NCBI RefSeq assembly: GCF_006345805.1
Contig: NC_043006.1
Span: 91,078,001-91,142,000, forward strand
Direction of reading: 5' to 3'
DNA length: 64,000 bases
Source: Octopus sinensis
Taxonomy: Eukaryota
The notes beneath the pieces are model-generated. The model was not told the origin of the DNA and did no database searches. It saw nothing but the letters and a program-made list of their open reading frames with translations. This document shows, in pieces, positions 49,753-61,019 of the stretch (position 1 is its first letter; each line of letters begins with the position of its first letter). The translations under genes and the position numbers were made by a program.

Positions 49753-49841
49753 ATGCTACTTCATTTTATTAAACACTGTAAGTATTACATCAGTTTTAAA
49801 CTGATGTAATACTTACAGTGTTTAATAAAATGAAGTAGCAT
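49753..49841. repeat. Perfect inverted repeat: 44-bp arms, 1-nt spacer
   Basis: 49753-49796 is the exact reverse complement of 49798-49841 (checked base by base). Confidence 0.95.
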
Positions 49842-49903
49842 GAAACGATCATACCACATTACCTCAGATATACTTGTTGCTTATTTTGATTATATATATA
49901 TAT

Positions 49904-49941
<38 letters not shown>

Positions 49942-50199
49942 GTCAAGGGAGGATCATTGTGTCAATGAAAATTAAACACATGCTCTGGTTCAGTACCATT
50001 TCTTTATTTCATCAACAACCTATTCAATGATTTGTTTAATGTGTTGTTTGAAGAATCACTTGGTTGTTAGTATTCCCTGTCAGAATCCTTTCATTACTAT
50101 TCACAACATCATCAATGACATGCCCTCACTCTTTCACATTTGCTTTAGTTTCTCTGAGAGCTAGTTTTATGTGTATGTTTGTATGTAGGTAGATGTATA

Positions 50200-50585
50200 T
50201 ATGCATGTAAATGCATTATATGTGGTTCCAGGTTCAGTCCCACTGCATGGTACCTTGGGCAAGAGTCTCGGGTCCACAAAGCCTTGTGAGTGGATTTGGT
50301 AGACGGAAACTGAAAGGAGCCTGTCATATACATACATACACATATATATATATGTATGTATGTATGTATGTATGCATACATTTGTGTCTGTCTTTGTCCT
50401 CTGACTATCACTTGACAACCAATGTTGGTGTGTTTATGTCCCCATAACTTAGCGGTTGAGCAAAAGAGACCGATAGAATAAGTACTAGGCTTACAAAGAG
50501 TAAGTTCTGGAGTCGATTTGTTTGACTAAACCTGCTTAAAGTGGTGCTCCAGCATGGCCACAGTCAAATGACAAACAAATAAAAG
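50200..50585 (+). mobile_element. SINE family A copy
   Basis: CCAGGTTCAGTCCCACTGCATGGTACCTTGGGCAAG...GTGAGTGGATTTGGTAGACGGAAACTGAAAG...CAAAAGAGACCGATAGAATAAGTACT...CAGCATGGCCACAGTC. Confidence 0.82.
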
Positions 50586-51605
50586 AATATATGTATATAC
50601 ACAGATATTTCTACATCTATGTATATGTAGATATGCATATATATATATATACACACACATACACATGTTTGTGTGTATATATTTATGTACACACGTATAT
50701 ATATATGTGTGTGTATGTACTGGAAACAGTTAACATCAGAAAGCACATATAACTATGCAACAATTCTTTGTTAAGATATGTATTTGATCCATGCTGACAT
50801 AGGAAAATGGACATAAAACATAACAAACCCAAAGGAGAACTTCTACTTGGTTGCTGGGCTTGCTAGAAATAATGACTAAATTTCTCTCAAATTACACTCT
50901 CAGTGTCTTAAACCAAGAATGCCATTGAAACCAACAGGATGGTCCTGGTTGGAATACTTCCTTTCATTATTGGTTTATTCAATCAAGGCTGACATGAACT
51001 AAACAACTAGTAATTGTATAATTAAGATTGTGTAATAAAGGAAAACAAAAAACAAAGGTGTAAGTTGTAGATGAAGTTTCATAATGAATTAATTAGTGGA
51101 GTCTGTGTGCCAAATTGTTGTTAGGGCAATGGTTCTATAAATATTGACATTGTTTTGAAGCTGTAGAACCACTGCAACAATCCAATCTATAACTTAATCA
51201 ATATCAAGCCATGGAAGCAAACCACACCTCGAGATAAAGAAAGACACACAAACAAATAGATTCAAATTCTTTTCAATGAAGTCATCATCATCATCGTTTA
51301 GCATCCGTTTCCATGCTGGCGTGTGTTGGATGGTTTAAAATGTCAGCTACGGTTCCAGCAAGTTTCAAACTCACAATCTTGTGCATGTTAAGTAGATGTG
51401 AGAAGCACTACTTCATGGAACCTTCACAAACAGTGTATAAATTTTATATTTACAATTTCTTATTTCTTATTCTTTCCCTGGCTATAAAAAGCAATGATAA
51501 TAACAATAATAATAATAATTATACAGTAATCCCTCACCATATCGTGGTCTATTGAAGCTGACGTTGATTCCTCTGTGGTGTTGTTTTACATTTGTAATAA
51601 AATGC

Positions 51606-51983
51606 GCAGGAGTGGCTGTGTGGTAAGTAGCTTGCTTACCAACCACATGGTTCTGGGTTTAGTCCCACTGCATGGCACCTTGAGCAAGTGTCTTCTACTA
51701 TAGCCTCGGGCCGACCAAAGCCTTGTGAGTGGATTTGGTAGACAGAAACTGAAATAAGCCCGTCGTATATATGTGTGTGTGTTTGCCCTCCCCCCCCCCA
51801 CAACATCACTTGACAACCGATGCTGGTGTGTTTGCGTCCCCATAACTTAGCGGTTCAGCAAAAGAGACCAATAGAATAAGTACTAGGCTTACAAGGAATA
51901 AATCCTGGGCTCGATTTGCTCGACTAAAGGCGGTGCTGCAGCATGGCCACAGTCACATGACTGAAACAAGTAAAAAGAGTAAA
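51606..51983 (+). mobile_element. Full-length tRNA-derived CORE-type SINE (family A)
   Basis: Head GCAGGAGTGGCTGTGTGGTAAG...GGGTTTAGTCCC, CORE-like GGCACCTTGAGCAAGTGTCTTCT, internal (TA)/(TG) tract and tail CAGCATGGCCACAGTC...TGACTGAAACAAGTAAAAAGAG. Confidence 0.88.
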
Positions 51984-52131
51984 ATTATAAAAATAATAAT
52001 AAAAATATATGGAGTTTCACCTGTTGCAGGAGATTTTGGAGCATATCACCTGTGATAGTCAAGGGATTACTGTAATACTGACAATAATAATAACAATTAT
52101 AACAATAATAATAATAATAAAACTAACAGTT

Positions 52132-52527
52132 GCGCAGGAGTGGCTGTGTGGTAAGTAGCTTGCTAACCAACCACATGGTTTCGGGTTCAGTCCCACTGCG
52201 TGGCATCTTGGGCAAGTGTCTTCTGCTATAGCCCCAGGCTGACCAATGCCTTGTGAGTGGATTTGGTAGACGGAAACTGAAAGAAGCCTGTCGTATATAT
52301 GTATATATATATGTGTGTGTGTCTGTGTTTGTCCCCCTAGCATTGCTTGACAACCGATGCTGGTGTTTACGTCCCCGTAAATTAGTGGTTCGGCAAAAGA
52401 GACCGATAGAATAAGCACTGGGCTTACAAAGAATAAGTCCCGGGGTCAATTTGCTCAACTAAAGGCGGTGCTCCAGCATGGCCGCAGTCAAAATGACTGA
52501 AACAAGTAAAAGAGAGTAAAAAGAGAG
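52132..52527 (+). mobile_element. Full-length SINE family A copy
   Basis: Colinear with 51606-51983; possible short TSD AGTT(GC) at 52128 and 52526. Confidence 0.88.
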
Positions 52528-53357
52528 TTGCTCTAAACTTATTAACCAAAATGTCAATAACTCACATTAGTATAATTAGTAGAATATTTAGAAGATTGTT
52601 GAAACAAACTCATTGCAAATTTTGTTTGTGTTTTTTATTCTAATTTTTGTAGTAGGGAGGAGGAGGAGGAAGAGGATAGTATAAACAATAAACAAACAAA
52701 ATCAATTGAATTATTTCTGGGTTTATAGATAAGATAATTATATTTTTACATGAAAGAAGATTACAGTTAAGCTGCAGTTTCTATGCCTTTAGGGATCATT
52801 TTAAGTTGTTTTCATGATTTAGTCAAGAAGAAGAGGAAGTTGTGACACGAAATATAAACCTCCAAATTTGGTGATGTTGATGTGAATTCTGTTTGAGCTT
52901 AGTTGTGGGGGGTGGGAGCAGCATCAGGAAGGAATTCAGAATTGAATTGAATGAAGGATTAGATCAAGGGGTTAATACAAAGTTTGGGCAAACAACAAAT
53001 GCTGACAAGAAGTGTGAGATAATGGGAGTTCAGTTACTTTCTATCAAACCCTCACTACACTGGTTAAATTTTTGCTGGTTATGTAATATGCAAATCAATT
53101 CTCCAAGGTCCTTTCTGTTGGTCAGTAAAAATAAAATGTATGTACTACATCGTATGAAATGCAAGGAATTCCAGAAAGAATCTCTCGATCAAAAACAAGT
53201 GGACTTGGTTCCCTTGTCTCAGGTGCATAGAACTGAGTATAGAAAGTTCCATGAGATTTGACCTTTGGAATCCAGCTCTTCTACAATCAAAAAAGTATTT
53301 TGCAAGTTCAGAGTTGGGTCCATTGTAGCAGATGTAAAAATTCCTCTGTCTGGAAAA

Positions 53358-53456
53358 GAGAGGACCTTTTTCTCTCTTTCTCTGTGTGTGTGTGTGTCTC
53401 TCTCTCTCTCTCTTTCCCTGTGTGTGTCTCTCTCTCTCTTTCTCCATGTGTGTGTG

Positions 53457-53492
<36 letters not shown>

Positions 53493-53496
53493 TCTC
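53358..53496. repeat. (TC)n/(TG)n compound microsatellite
   Basis: Directly visible. Confidence 0.95.
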
Positions 53497-53789
53497 ATAA
53501 AAAAGAAACAAAAGATAGTGCAGATGATACGACCAATTGGTGAAATGTTGAACTCTCAGCTCCTATCAACTACAAAACCCTCCTTTGAATCTGTGTACAG
53601 GATACATTACTCTAGAAAATTCTTCATTTTACTAATTTGTCAAGGAATTGGTAGAATTCAAGAAAAATTATTGCCACCACTCCTGAAGTAAATTAGTCTC
53701 TTAACCGTTGTTTAGTCTTGTGGATTTCTGAAGTTCATTAATTCTAAAATTGGTGTTTTCTAAGAATAACTTTTATTTTTCACTTTTTC

Positions 53790-54150
53790 CAATCATTGGA
53801 CTGTGGCAATGCTGGTGCAGCACCCCTTAAAGGGTTTAGACAAACAAATCAACCCCAGGGCTTAGCTTTTCACTCTGGTACTTAGTCTTTCAACTTCTTT
53901 TGCCAAACCTTTCAAGTTAGAGAGAATGTAAACAAGCACCAATTGAAACAGTAGCAGTAGGGACCAACACACACACACACACCTATATACATAATGGGTT
54001 TCCTCACAGTTTCCACATCCCAAATACACCTACAAAGCATTAGTTGTTCTGGGGTTATGGTAGAAGACACTTGCCCAAGTTATCGTACAGTGGGACTGAA
54101 CCTGAAACCAAATGGTTGCAAAGAAAGATTCTTGACCACACAGCCATGAT
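53790..54150 (-). mobile_element. Old diverged SINE family A copy
   Basis: Degenerate match to the tail (aatcattggactgtggcaatgctggtgc) and CORE (agaagacacttgcccaag...gggactgaacc). Confidence 0.6.
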
Positions 54151-54375
54151 TTTTAATGGCAGGATTCATAAATATTTTGTGTTCTTCAGAAAGAAATTAT
54201 AAAGTAGAACAGGATGGAAGATGAGAATTGAAGATAGCAGAATTTATTGATTAGATTTTTGATCTGGTACACAATTTAGCCACAGGAAAGGTGTCTGGAT
54301 GTAAAACAATGCCATTGTAATCTATTCACCTAACCCATGGCAGCAGCAGGGGAAATCACCATGAAATGAACAAAT

Positions 54376-55033
54376 ATATGGCTGTGTGGTAAGAAGCTTG
54401 CTTTCCAACCACATGGGTCTGAGTTCAGTCCCACTGTGTGGCACCTTGGGCAAGTGTCTTCTTCTATGGCCTCAGGCTGACCAAAACCTTGTGTGTAGAT
54501 TTGGTAGACAGAAGCTGAAAGAAGTCCGTCATGTATATATATATGTGTAGGAACACTCCGTCGGTTGCAACGATGAAGGTCCCAGCTGATAGGAACAACG
54601 GAACAGCTTGCTCGTGAAATTAACATGCAAGTGGCTGAGCACTCCACAGACACGTGTACCCTTAATATAGCTCTCAGGGAGAATCAGCATGACACAGAGT
54701 GTGACAAGGCTGGCCCTTTGAAATACAGGTACTACTCATTTTTGCCAGCTGAGTGGACTGGAGTAATGTGAAATAAAGTGTCTTGCTCAAGGACACAACC
54801 TTACGATCATGAGCTGAATGCCCTAACCACTCGAAACGTTAAAGACTTGTTTTATTTATATTTCCTGAGTGCCATACTAATACAATTGTTTGTTTGTATT
54901 CCACCTGCCTTCATCTTTTGTTTATTTTCATAAACCTGCCTTCGTCTTTTGTCTATTTTCATAAAGCTTCCCGTTATATATATATATATATATATATACT
55001 GTATATATATAATATATATACTGTATATATATA

Positions 55034-55067
<34 letters not shown>

Positions 55068-55290
55068 CTGTATATATTGGTGTGTCTTTGTGTCTGCTTG
55101 TCCCTCCACCATCACTTGACAACTGATGTTAGTGTGTTTATATCCCCGTAACTTAGCAGTTCAGCAAAAGAGACCGATAGAATAAGTACCAGGCTTACAA
55201 AGAAGTCCTAGGGGTCAGTTAGTTCAGCTAAAAGGCAATGCTCCAGCATGGCTGTAGTCAAATGACTGAAACAGCTAAAAGAATAAAAGA
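54376..55290 (+). mobile_element. SINE family A copy split by nested insertions
   Basis: The head at 54376-54545 and tail at 55075-55290 are separated by an opposite-strand SINE (54550-54830), a PLE-end-like piece (54830-54970) and (TA)n. Confidence 0.75.
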
Positions 55291-55439
55291 ATATATATAC
55301 ATATCATCATCATCGACATCATTTGACATTTGTCTTCCATTCCATGCTGGCACAGGTTCATCGTTTAAATAAATGTGAATATATATGTATATGATGATGA
55401 TGATGATGGTTTCTCTCGCTGATTTCTATGTATGAAGGA

Positions 55440-56165
55440 CCAATAGCCTTATTCTTGATGTCCAAGTTCCTTATGAGATTTTAATCTAGCCAAAGATTCA
55501 CAAACGAAGGTAGTTATACAAAGCAGCTAATGTGTTTCATTAAGACCATCTTTGCTCTCAGCTCTGTAATATGATCCAGGTAACTTCGTTCATAGTTTCT
55601 TCGAGTTTCATGGCGTGTTAACCACCATTCACTGAGATTCAATGTAGTTTTTTCTAATGTTTCTGACGGTGTTTTTATCAGTCTCAGATTAGCTTTAAGC
55701 TTAGCCTCCAACCTAATTCATGGTCTCCCTATGCTTCTCCTTCCATCATGAAGTTGGTTTATACAGAAGGACTTTTGGAATTCTGTTGTCACTTATTCCA
55801 ATGACATCACCAATCCTTCTTAATAGAGTTTACAAAAGAAAGAATTCAATTCCGATCACCAATGTTACATTTAGAGAATAGGTCAATATTTCAAAGACTG
55901 TCGTTCAAGCTGTATTCCCAAATGATCCAAAGCCATTGCTTATCAAACTGGTTGATATGCGATTGATGGGGCACCCAGATTCCAATCCATACTTGGAGAG
56001 TAGGAAGAACTACCACTTGGTAGATGTTAATTTTCATTTCTAATGAGGTTCCTCATTCAACCCACAGCTAATGAGGAAATTTGCTCAAAGCATTCATAGC
56101 TTTAGTTATGTGGTTGATTGTTTTGTCCTCAGGAGAAACACCTGAGTTTTCACTGTTTCCCAGAA
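55440..56165 (-). mobile_element. Degenerate RTE (BovB-like) LINE C-terminal fragment
   Basis: Minus-strand remnants MKINIYQVVVLPTL and LKANLRLIKTPSETLEKTTLNLSEW resemble the RTE C-terminal consensus (K..VY.AVVLPTLLY; LKANL); many stops. Confidence 0.6.
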
Positions 56166-56211
56166 ATGTGGCGTTTTTAATACATTTCAGGTTTTTGTCA
56201 TAAAGGATTAA

Positions 56212-56431
56212 CCCTTTGGTGTTCAAATTTCTCTATTAAATGTAATACTTTTTCACTCAAATTGTTTTGAATTAATCATGCATTATGTCATAGCTTTAAG
56301 GTTTCAATGATATGATTGTTTATTTTTAGAATGTCACTGTAGGTTAGGTGTGAGAGGCTGGATATGGCCAATTTGAATATAAAACATGTAGAATATTTGG
56401 GCCGGATATGGCCGGTTTAAACACTAAAGGG
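56212..56431. mobile_element. piggyBac-type MITE (220 bp)
   Basis: TTAA|CCCTTTGGTGTTCAAA ... TTTAAACACTAAAGGG|TTAA; TIR 14/16 identical; TTAA TSD at 56208-56211 and 56432-56435. Confidence 0.85.
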
Positions 56432-57904
56432 TTAAATAATTACACAAAATGCAATGCAATGAAATTTAGGAGTTTGAAAAAGACATGACACCATGAGGAT
56501 GAGAAGAGTTTGACATTTTGGAACTTGTCCCTTCATCTGAGAAAGATATACATGCTCTTTAGCATTTTTCCTCTTCCGTATGAAGGGACAACCCTAAAAC
56601 ATCAAATTCCTCATATCATCGTCATCCTCATCACTGAATGTCTCTATTCAGTGCCAGCAGGAGTTGGATGGTTTGACAAGAGCTGGCAAGGCTGGAGAGC
56701 CACAGCAGGTTCTATTGTTTGTCTTGTCATGGTTTTTACAGTTGGATGCTCTTCCCAATGCCAACCATTTTACAGAGTGCACTAGGTACTTTTTACATGG
56801 TACCAGCACCATGTTGCATTAGCTCATACCAACTCACATGAACATATAAACTCATCTGAAGATACCAAACTATCGAAACTCAACAAACATATAATTTCTA
56901 TAATTTTTACAAAAAAAGCACCACCACCACACTCCTCAGAGTGTGTTCCATGAAGTCTTTAAAAATATTTTTACCTTCCATATTTACTTATATCCAATGT
57001 GAATCTCAGTGTTTGTAGCGAAATTTCAGGAATCTATTTTATCAGGTTGTATAATGTCACTCGTCACTTACAACTAGAGGTACATATATCTTTTCTGAAA
57101 CCAACCTAATATAATCACAGACATTCTTTTATTAGAAGACTCTCTACTTCCCTTTGCCTTCCTAAAGCGCTTTGCTCTGCCCATTCGGCAAGGGTCGTCG
57201 ATGACTTTTCTACATTCTGTTGCTTTTGAATTATCGTCAATGTCTCTCTGGTTAAGGGTATTGGCCCAACACAAACCCATTTTGACCCATGGGAAGAGGT
57301 GGTCCATATTAGTCTGGCCACTCTTCTTTGACCTGTCCAGCATGCGAGGTGGATGCTACCCAAAGCCTTGCACTCCACAGGCATAAGCAATGAGGGTCAG
57401 TGAGGCATGCAAACCATCACACCACTACAAAGAGTGTATAGATGGGGGTGTATAGATCCTGGTTTGAAACAAGTCCCCACTTTGAGGGTACATTCTCTCT
57501 CTCCCAACCCACCACACACGCACCATCTTGGAAGACACATAATAGAGGGTCATGGGCATTGTCTGTCCTTCCCCAGATAAAAAAAATGTCACCCTTATTA
57601 GTATCATTTGACACCCACTTTCCCATACTGGTTTAAGTTGGACAGGTATACCTAGGCAGTGTTGTTCTATAGTTGAATGTCCTTTCTTCTTCTAAGCTTT
57701 TTAGTTTGCAGCAATTCAGTAGTCGTTCATTTGTTTATTTTATTTTTGTTTTTCCATGAATTGTTGACAGGAAATATAAGCATGGCATCACCATCCTGAT
57801 GAGCTTTCTTACAGTTTCTATTTAACAGTTCCATTCACATGGCATTGGTCAGCCAATGGCTATTGTAGAAGACACTCAAAATGACAGACAGTGGAACAAA
57901 ACTC

Positions 57905-58270
57905 AAAACCATGAACTCTGCATCCAACGTGCCAAAAACTACTGGCAGACATCAGAATTGCAATCTACGAAACCCCAGCTTATCCAAATTGTCTCTTAAA
58001 CATTTACTCACAAAACGAAATGAATTATTACTGATAAAAATGGGATTTTTTTTTTTCATCTGAGTACAGAAACTCGAGGTTTTGAAACAGTTGTTCATAG
58101 TTATCCTCTTCTTGATTTTCAAAGAGGTGCTCATGTAAGTGGGGCACCTGATGTCTATAATGGCACACATGCTTTCTTGTCTGACCCAAACGATGATATC
58201 CTTTCTATTATGTATATATACATGTATGTCCATACAGCATTTCATAGAAACAAGCAACTGAGTGAATACA
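57905..58270 (-). mobile_element. Degenerate REL-endonuclease LINE fragment (R4/NeSL-like)
   Basis: ORF 57952-58278 contains HNRKDIIVWVRQESMCAIIDIRCP and FVSKCLRDNLDKLGF, resembling HN.PDIVVW..IIDISCP and .VPKCL..NL.KLGF of REL LINE C-termini. Confidence 0.6.
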
Positions 58271-59089
58271 TCAAGCATTAGATATTACCAGGACATTATC
58301 TTCAGGAAATCCTCTTTTTCACAGATTCATTGTTTGTCCAGTTCTTAATTTTTATGTCCTTTTGTATTTCTTATGTTTGCATGGGTTAGACAAATACACA
58401 TTTTGCTAACAGACTGAATTTACAACCAAATGGGCCCTTCAGTTGCTAGTCCTTGCTTTCTGAGTAACACAAATGTAAACATTCACACACATACATGCGT
58501 GCTTACACACATGCACACACACATATACACAGCACACACACACATTTTCACAACACACACATGCAGACAAACACACCCGCATGCACACACACCCGCATGC
58601 ACATTTACACAATACATACACATGCACACACACTCATACACACACACTGCATACAATCCCAAAGCATTGGTTGTGGTTATGTTTACCTTTTATCCTTTAC
58701 TTGTTTCAGTTATCGGACTGTGGCCATGCTGGAGCACCATGCTGGAGGGTTTTAGTCAAATTGACCCTGGTACTTATTCATTATTTTAAGTCTGGTACTT
58801 ACTCTATCATTCTGTTTTGCTGAACCACTGGTTACTAGGACATAAACAAACAAACACCAGTTGTCAAGTTGTGTGCAAAAACAAGCACCAGCACAAATAC
58901 ATCATCATCATCTTCATCACTTAATGTCCGTTGCCCATGCTGGAATGAGTCGGACGATTTGACCAGAACTAGCAAGCTGGGGAGCTACACCAGGTTCCAA
59001 TCTGATTTCACATGGTTTCTACATTGGGTTGCCCTTCCTCTCACCAACTGCTTACAGAGTGTGCTGGGTGCTTTTACTGCATAAGCACT

Positions 59090-59250
59090 TATATGTGGCA
59101 CTGCACGAGTGCTTCTATGTGGCACTGCATGAGTGCTTTTTCATGGCACTGCACGAGTGCTTTTACATGGCACTGCACGAGTGCTTCTATGTGGCACTGC
59201 ATGAGTGCTTTTATGTGGCACCACACGGGCACTTTTGCATGGTGCTGCAT
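59090..59250. repeat. Minisatellite of about 24 bp inside a family B copy
   Basis: (GTGGCACTGCA[CT]GAGTGCTT[CT]TAT)n, about 6-7 copies; it gives the ALHECFY repeat ORF. Confidence 0.88.
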
Positions 59251-60406
59251 GAGCATTTATCTTTATATATATACACAAAAGGCTCCTACACAGTTTCTGT
59301 CTACCAAATTAACTCTCAAGGCTTTGGTCAGCCTATTGGTATATTAGATGACACTTACCCAAGGTACCATGCAGTAGGATTGAACTGAATGCCACATGAT
59401 TTCTAAACGACTTTCTTAATCCCACAGACATGTCTGCAACTATATATTTTTTTTTATCCACAAATATAATGCTGCCCACTTCAATTTAGGCTTTGATTTC
59501 TCTAGATTAAATTCCTCACATTATCATTAAATAAATGCAGTAAAGATGATGATGATGACTTAGAAATGGAGCTGAGGTTAATTATGGCTCAGATAAATCC
59601 ACAGCCCTTAAACCATCCAGTGGTCTCAGAGATACAAAAAAAAAATTAAAAGTTGATTAAAAGTAGATTAAAAATTCCACAGCTTTTAAAAGGTTCGTTA
59701 AACTCCAGCTACATTATGGCTGAAAAGTCAAAGAATCCTCAAACCTTTGAAATAATTATTATAATTATAGATAATAATAATAATTATCATCAACAATATT
59801 ATTTGTAGAAAACTCACTGCTTTTGTCATCTATTTCAATGCATTAGTGTTGTTATTATTGCATCTTATAAACATTGGAAAATGTTTCCCTTCTTCAAGGT
59901 GGAATCATAATTAATGATTTCTTTTTAATTTGATCTTTCAGTTATTATCATTATCATCATCATCATCATCATCATTGTTATTGTTATTATTTTTATTTTT
60001 GTTTCTTGTTTTTACATTCTTTTTGATCAGAAATGAAGAGATTATTATGTGTGAAAGGTAGATATATAAAAGTTTAAATTTTGGGGGAACTTTATTTCAA
60101 AAGTTGAAGTTCCTTATTTTTCTAAGTCCTGTGATAAAGCAAGAATCTTCATCCACACCAGAGAAGAAAAAAAAACAACCTTACACCAAAACAAAATAAA
60201 AGATAGAAGTAGAATTCATTGAACTGTTATGGAGAAGATATCAGACAATGTGGTCCCTCACGAAAATAGAGAAAGAAAACGAAAGAAAGGTCTTTGTTAA
60301 AATTTCTGCCAGAACATAACAGCTTTATCTTCTTCACTTGTTATATATATTTCATTCAGTGTATCCAAAACAATATGGGATTTACCTTGGAAGTAATTCA
60401 AGTAAT

Positions 60407-60437
<31 letters not shown>

Positions 60438-60983
60438 TGCACACACACACATGCACACACACACACACACAAAACCCAGCTCTAGTATCTGCATTCTCTT
60501 TCATAGTCTTTGGCATTTAAAGAATTAAACAGAATTTCTGTTTTGTCCTGTGTTTCCTTTCTGCCCTCACATTGTATTTTTGTTGAAATAGGATGTTAAT
60601 TATTATTATTGTGGATTTAAAAAGAAAAGTGACAGTAGGGGGAGGGGGTTCAATACAAGACTAATTCTCTCACTTCTTAAGTCATATCTCGTATTCTTTA
60701 GCATTTAATTAGTTTATAGATTTTGGGGCTTAATCGTGTTTTTGAAAATTTTTTTGGTTCATTACATGTGAGTGCATGTGTGTGTATACATAAATATACA
60801 TGCACACATTCATGCATACACACACATATATATATACATACACACACACACGCATATATATATACATACATAAATATATATATATATGTATACATATATA
60901 CACACCCATTTATACATATATATGTAACAGTTATTTTTTGTTTTATTTTCGTTTTGAAGTTTGTTTGCAGCTTTATAAGAATA

Positions 60984-61019
<36 letters not shown>

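Noticed and set aside
51606-51690. tRNA gene calls for SINE heads
   Set aside because: They have A/B-box-like motifs but no complete cloverleaf, and they continue into SINE bodies present in many copies.
53265-53350. SEA-domain-like FRVGSIVADVKI motif
   Set aside because: It is preceded immediately by a stop, has no good acceptor and runs into a microsatellite. A single short motif is insufficient.
59012-59388. Repeat-protein ORFs (ALHECFY / WHCTSA repeats)
   Set aside because: They are translations of the 24-bp minisatellite within a retroposon tail.
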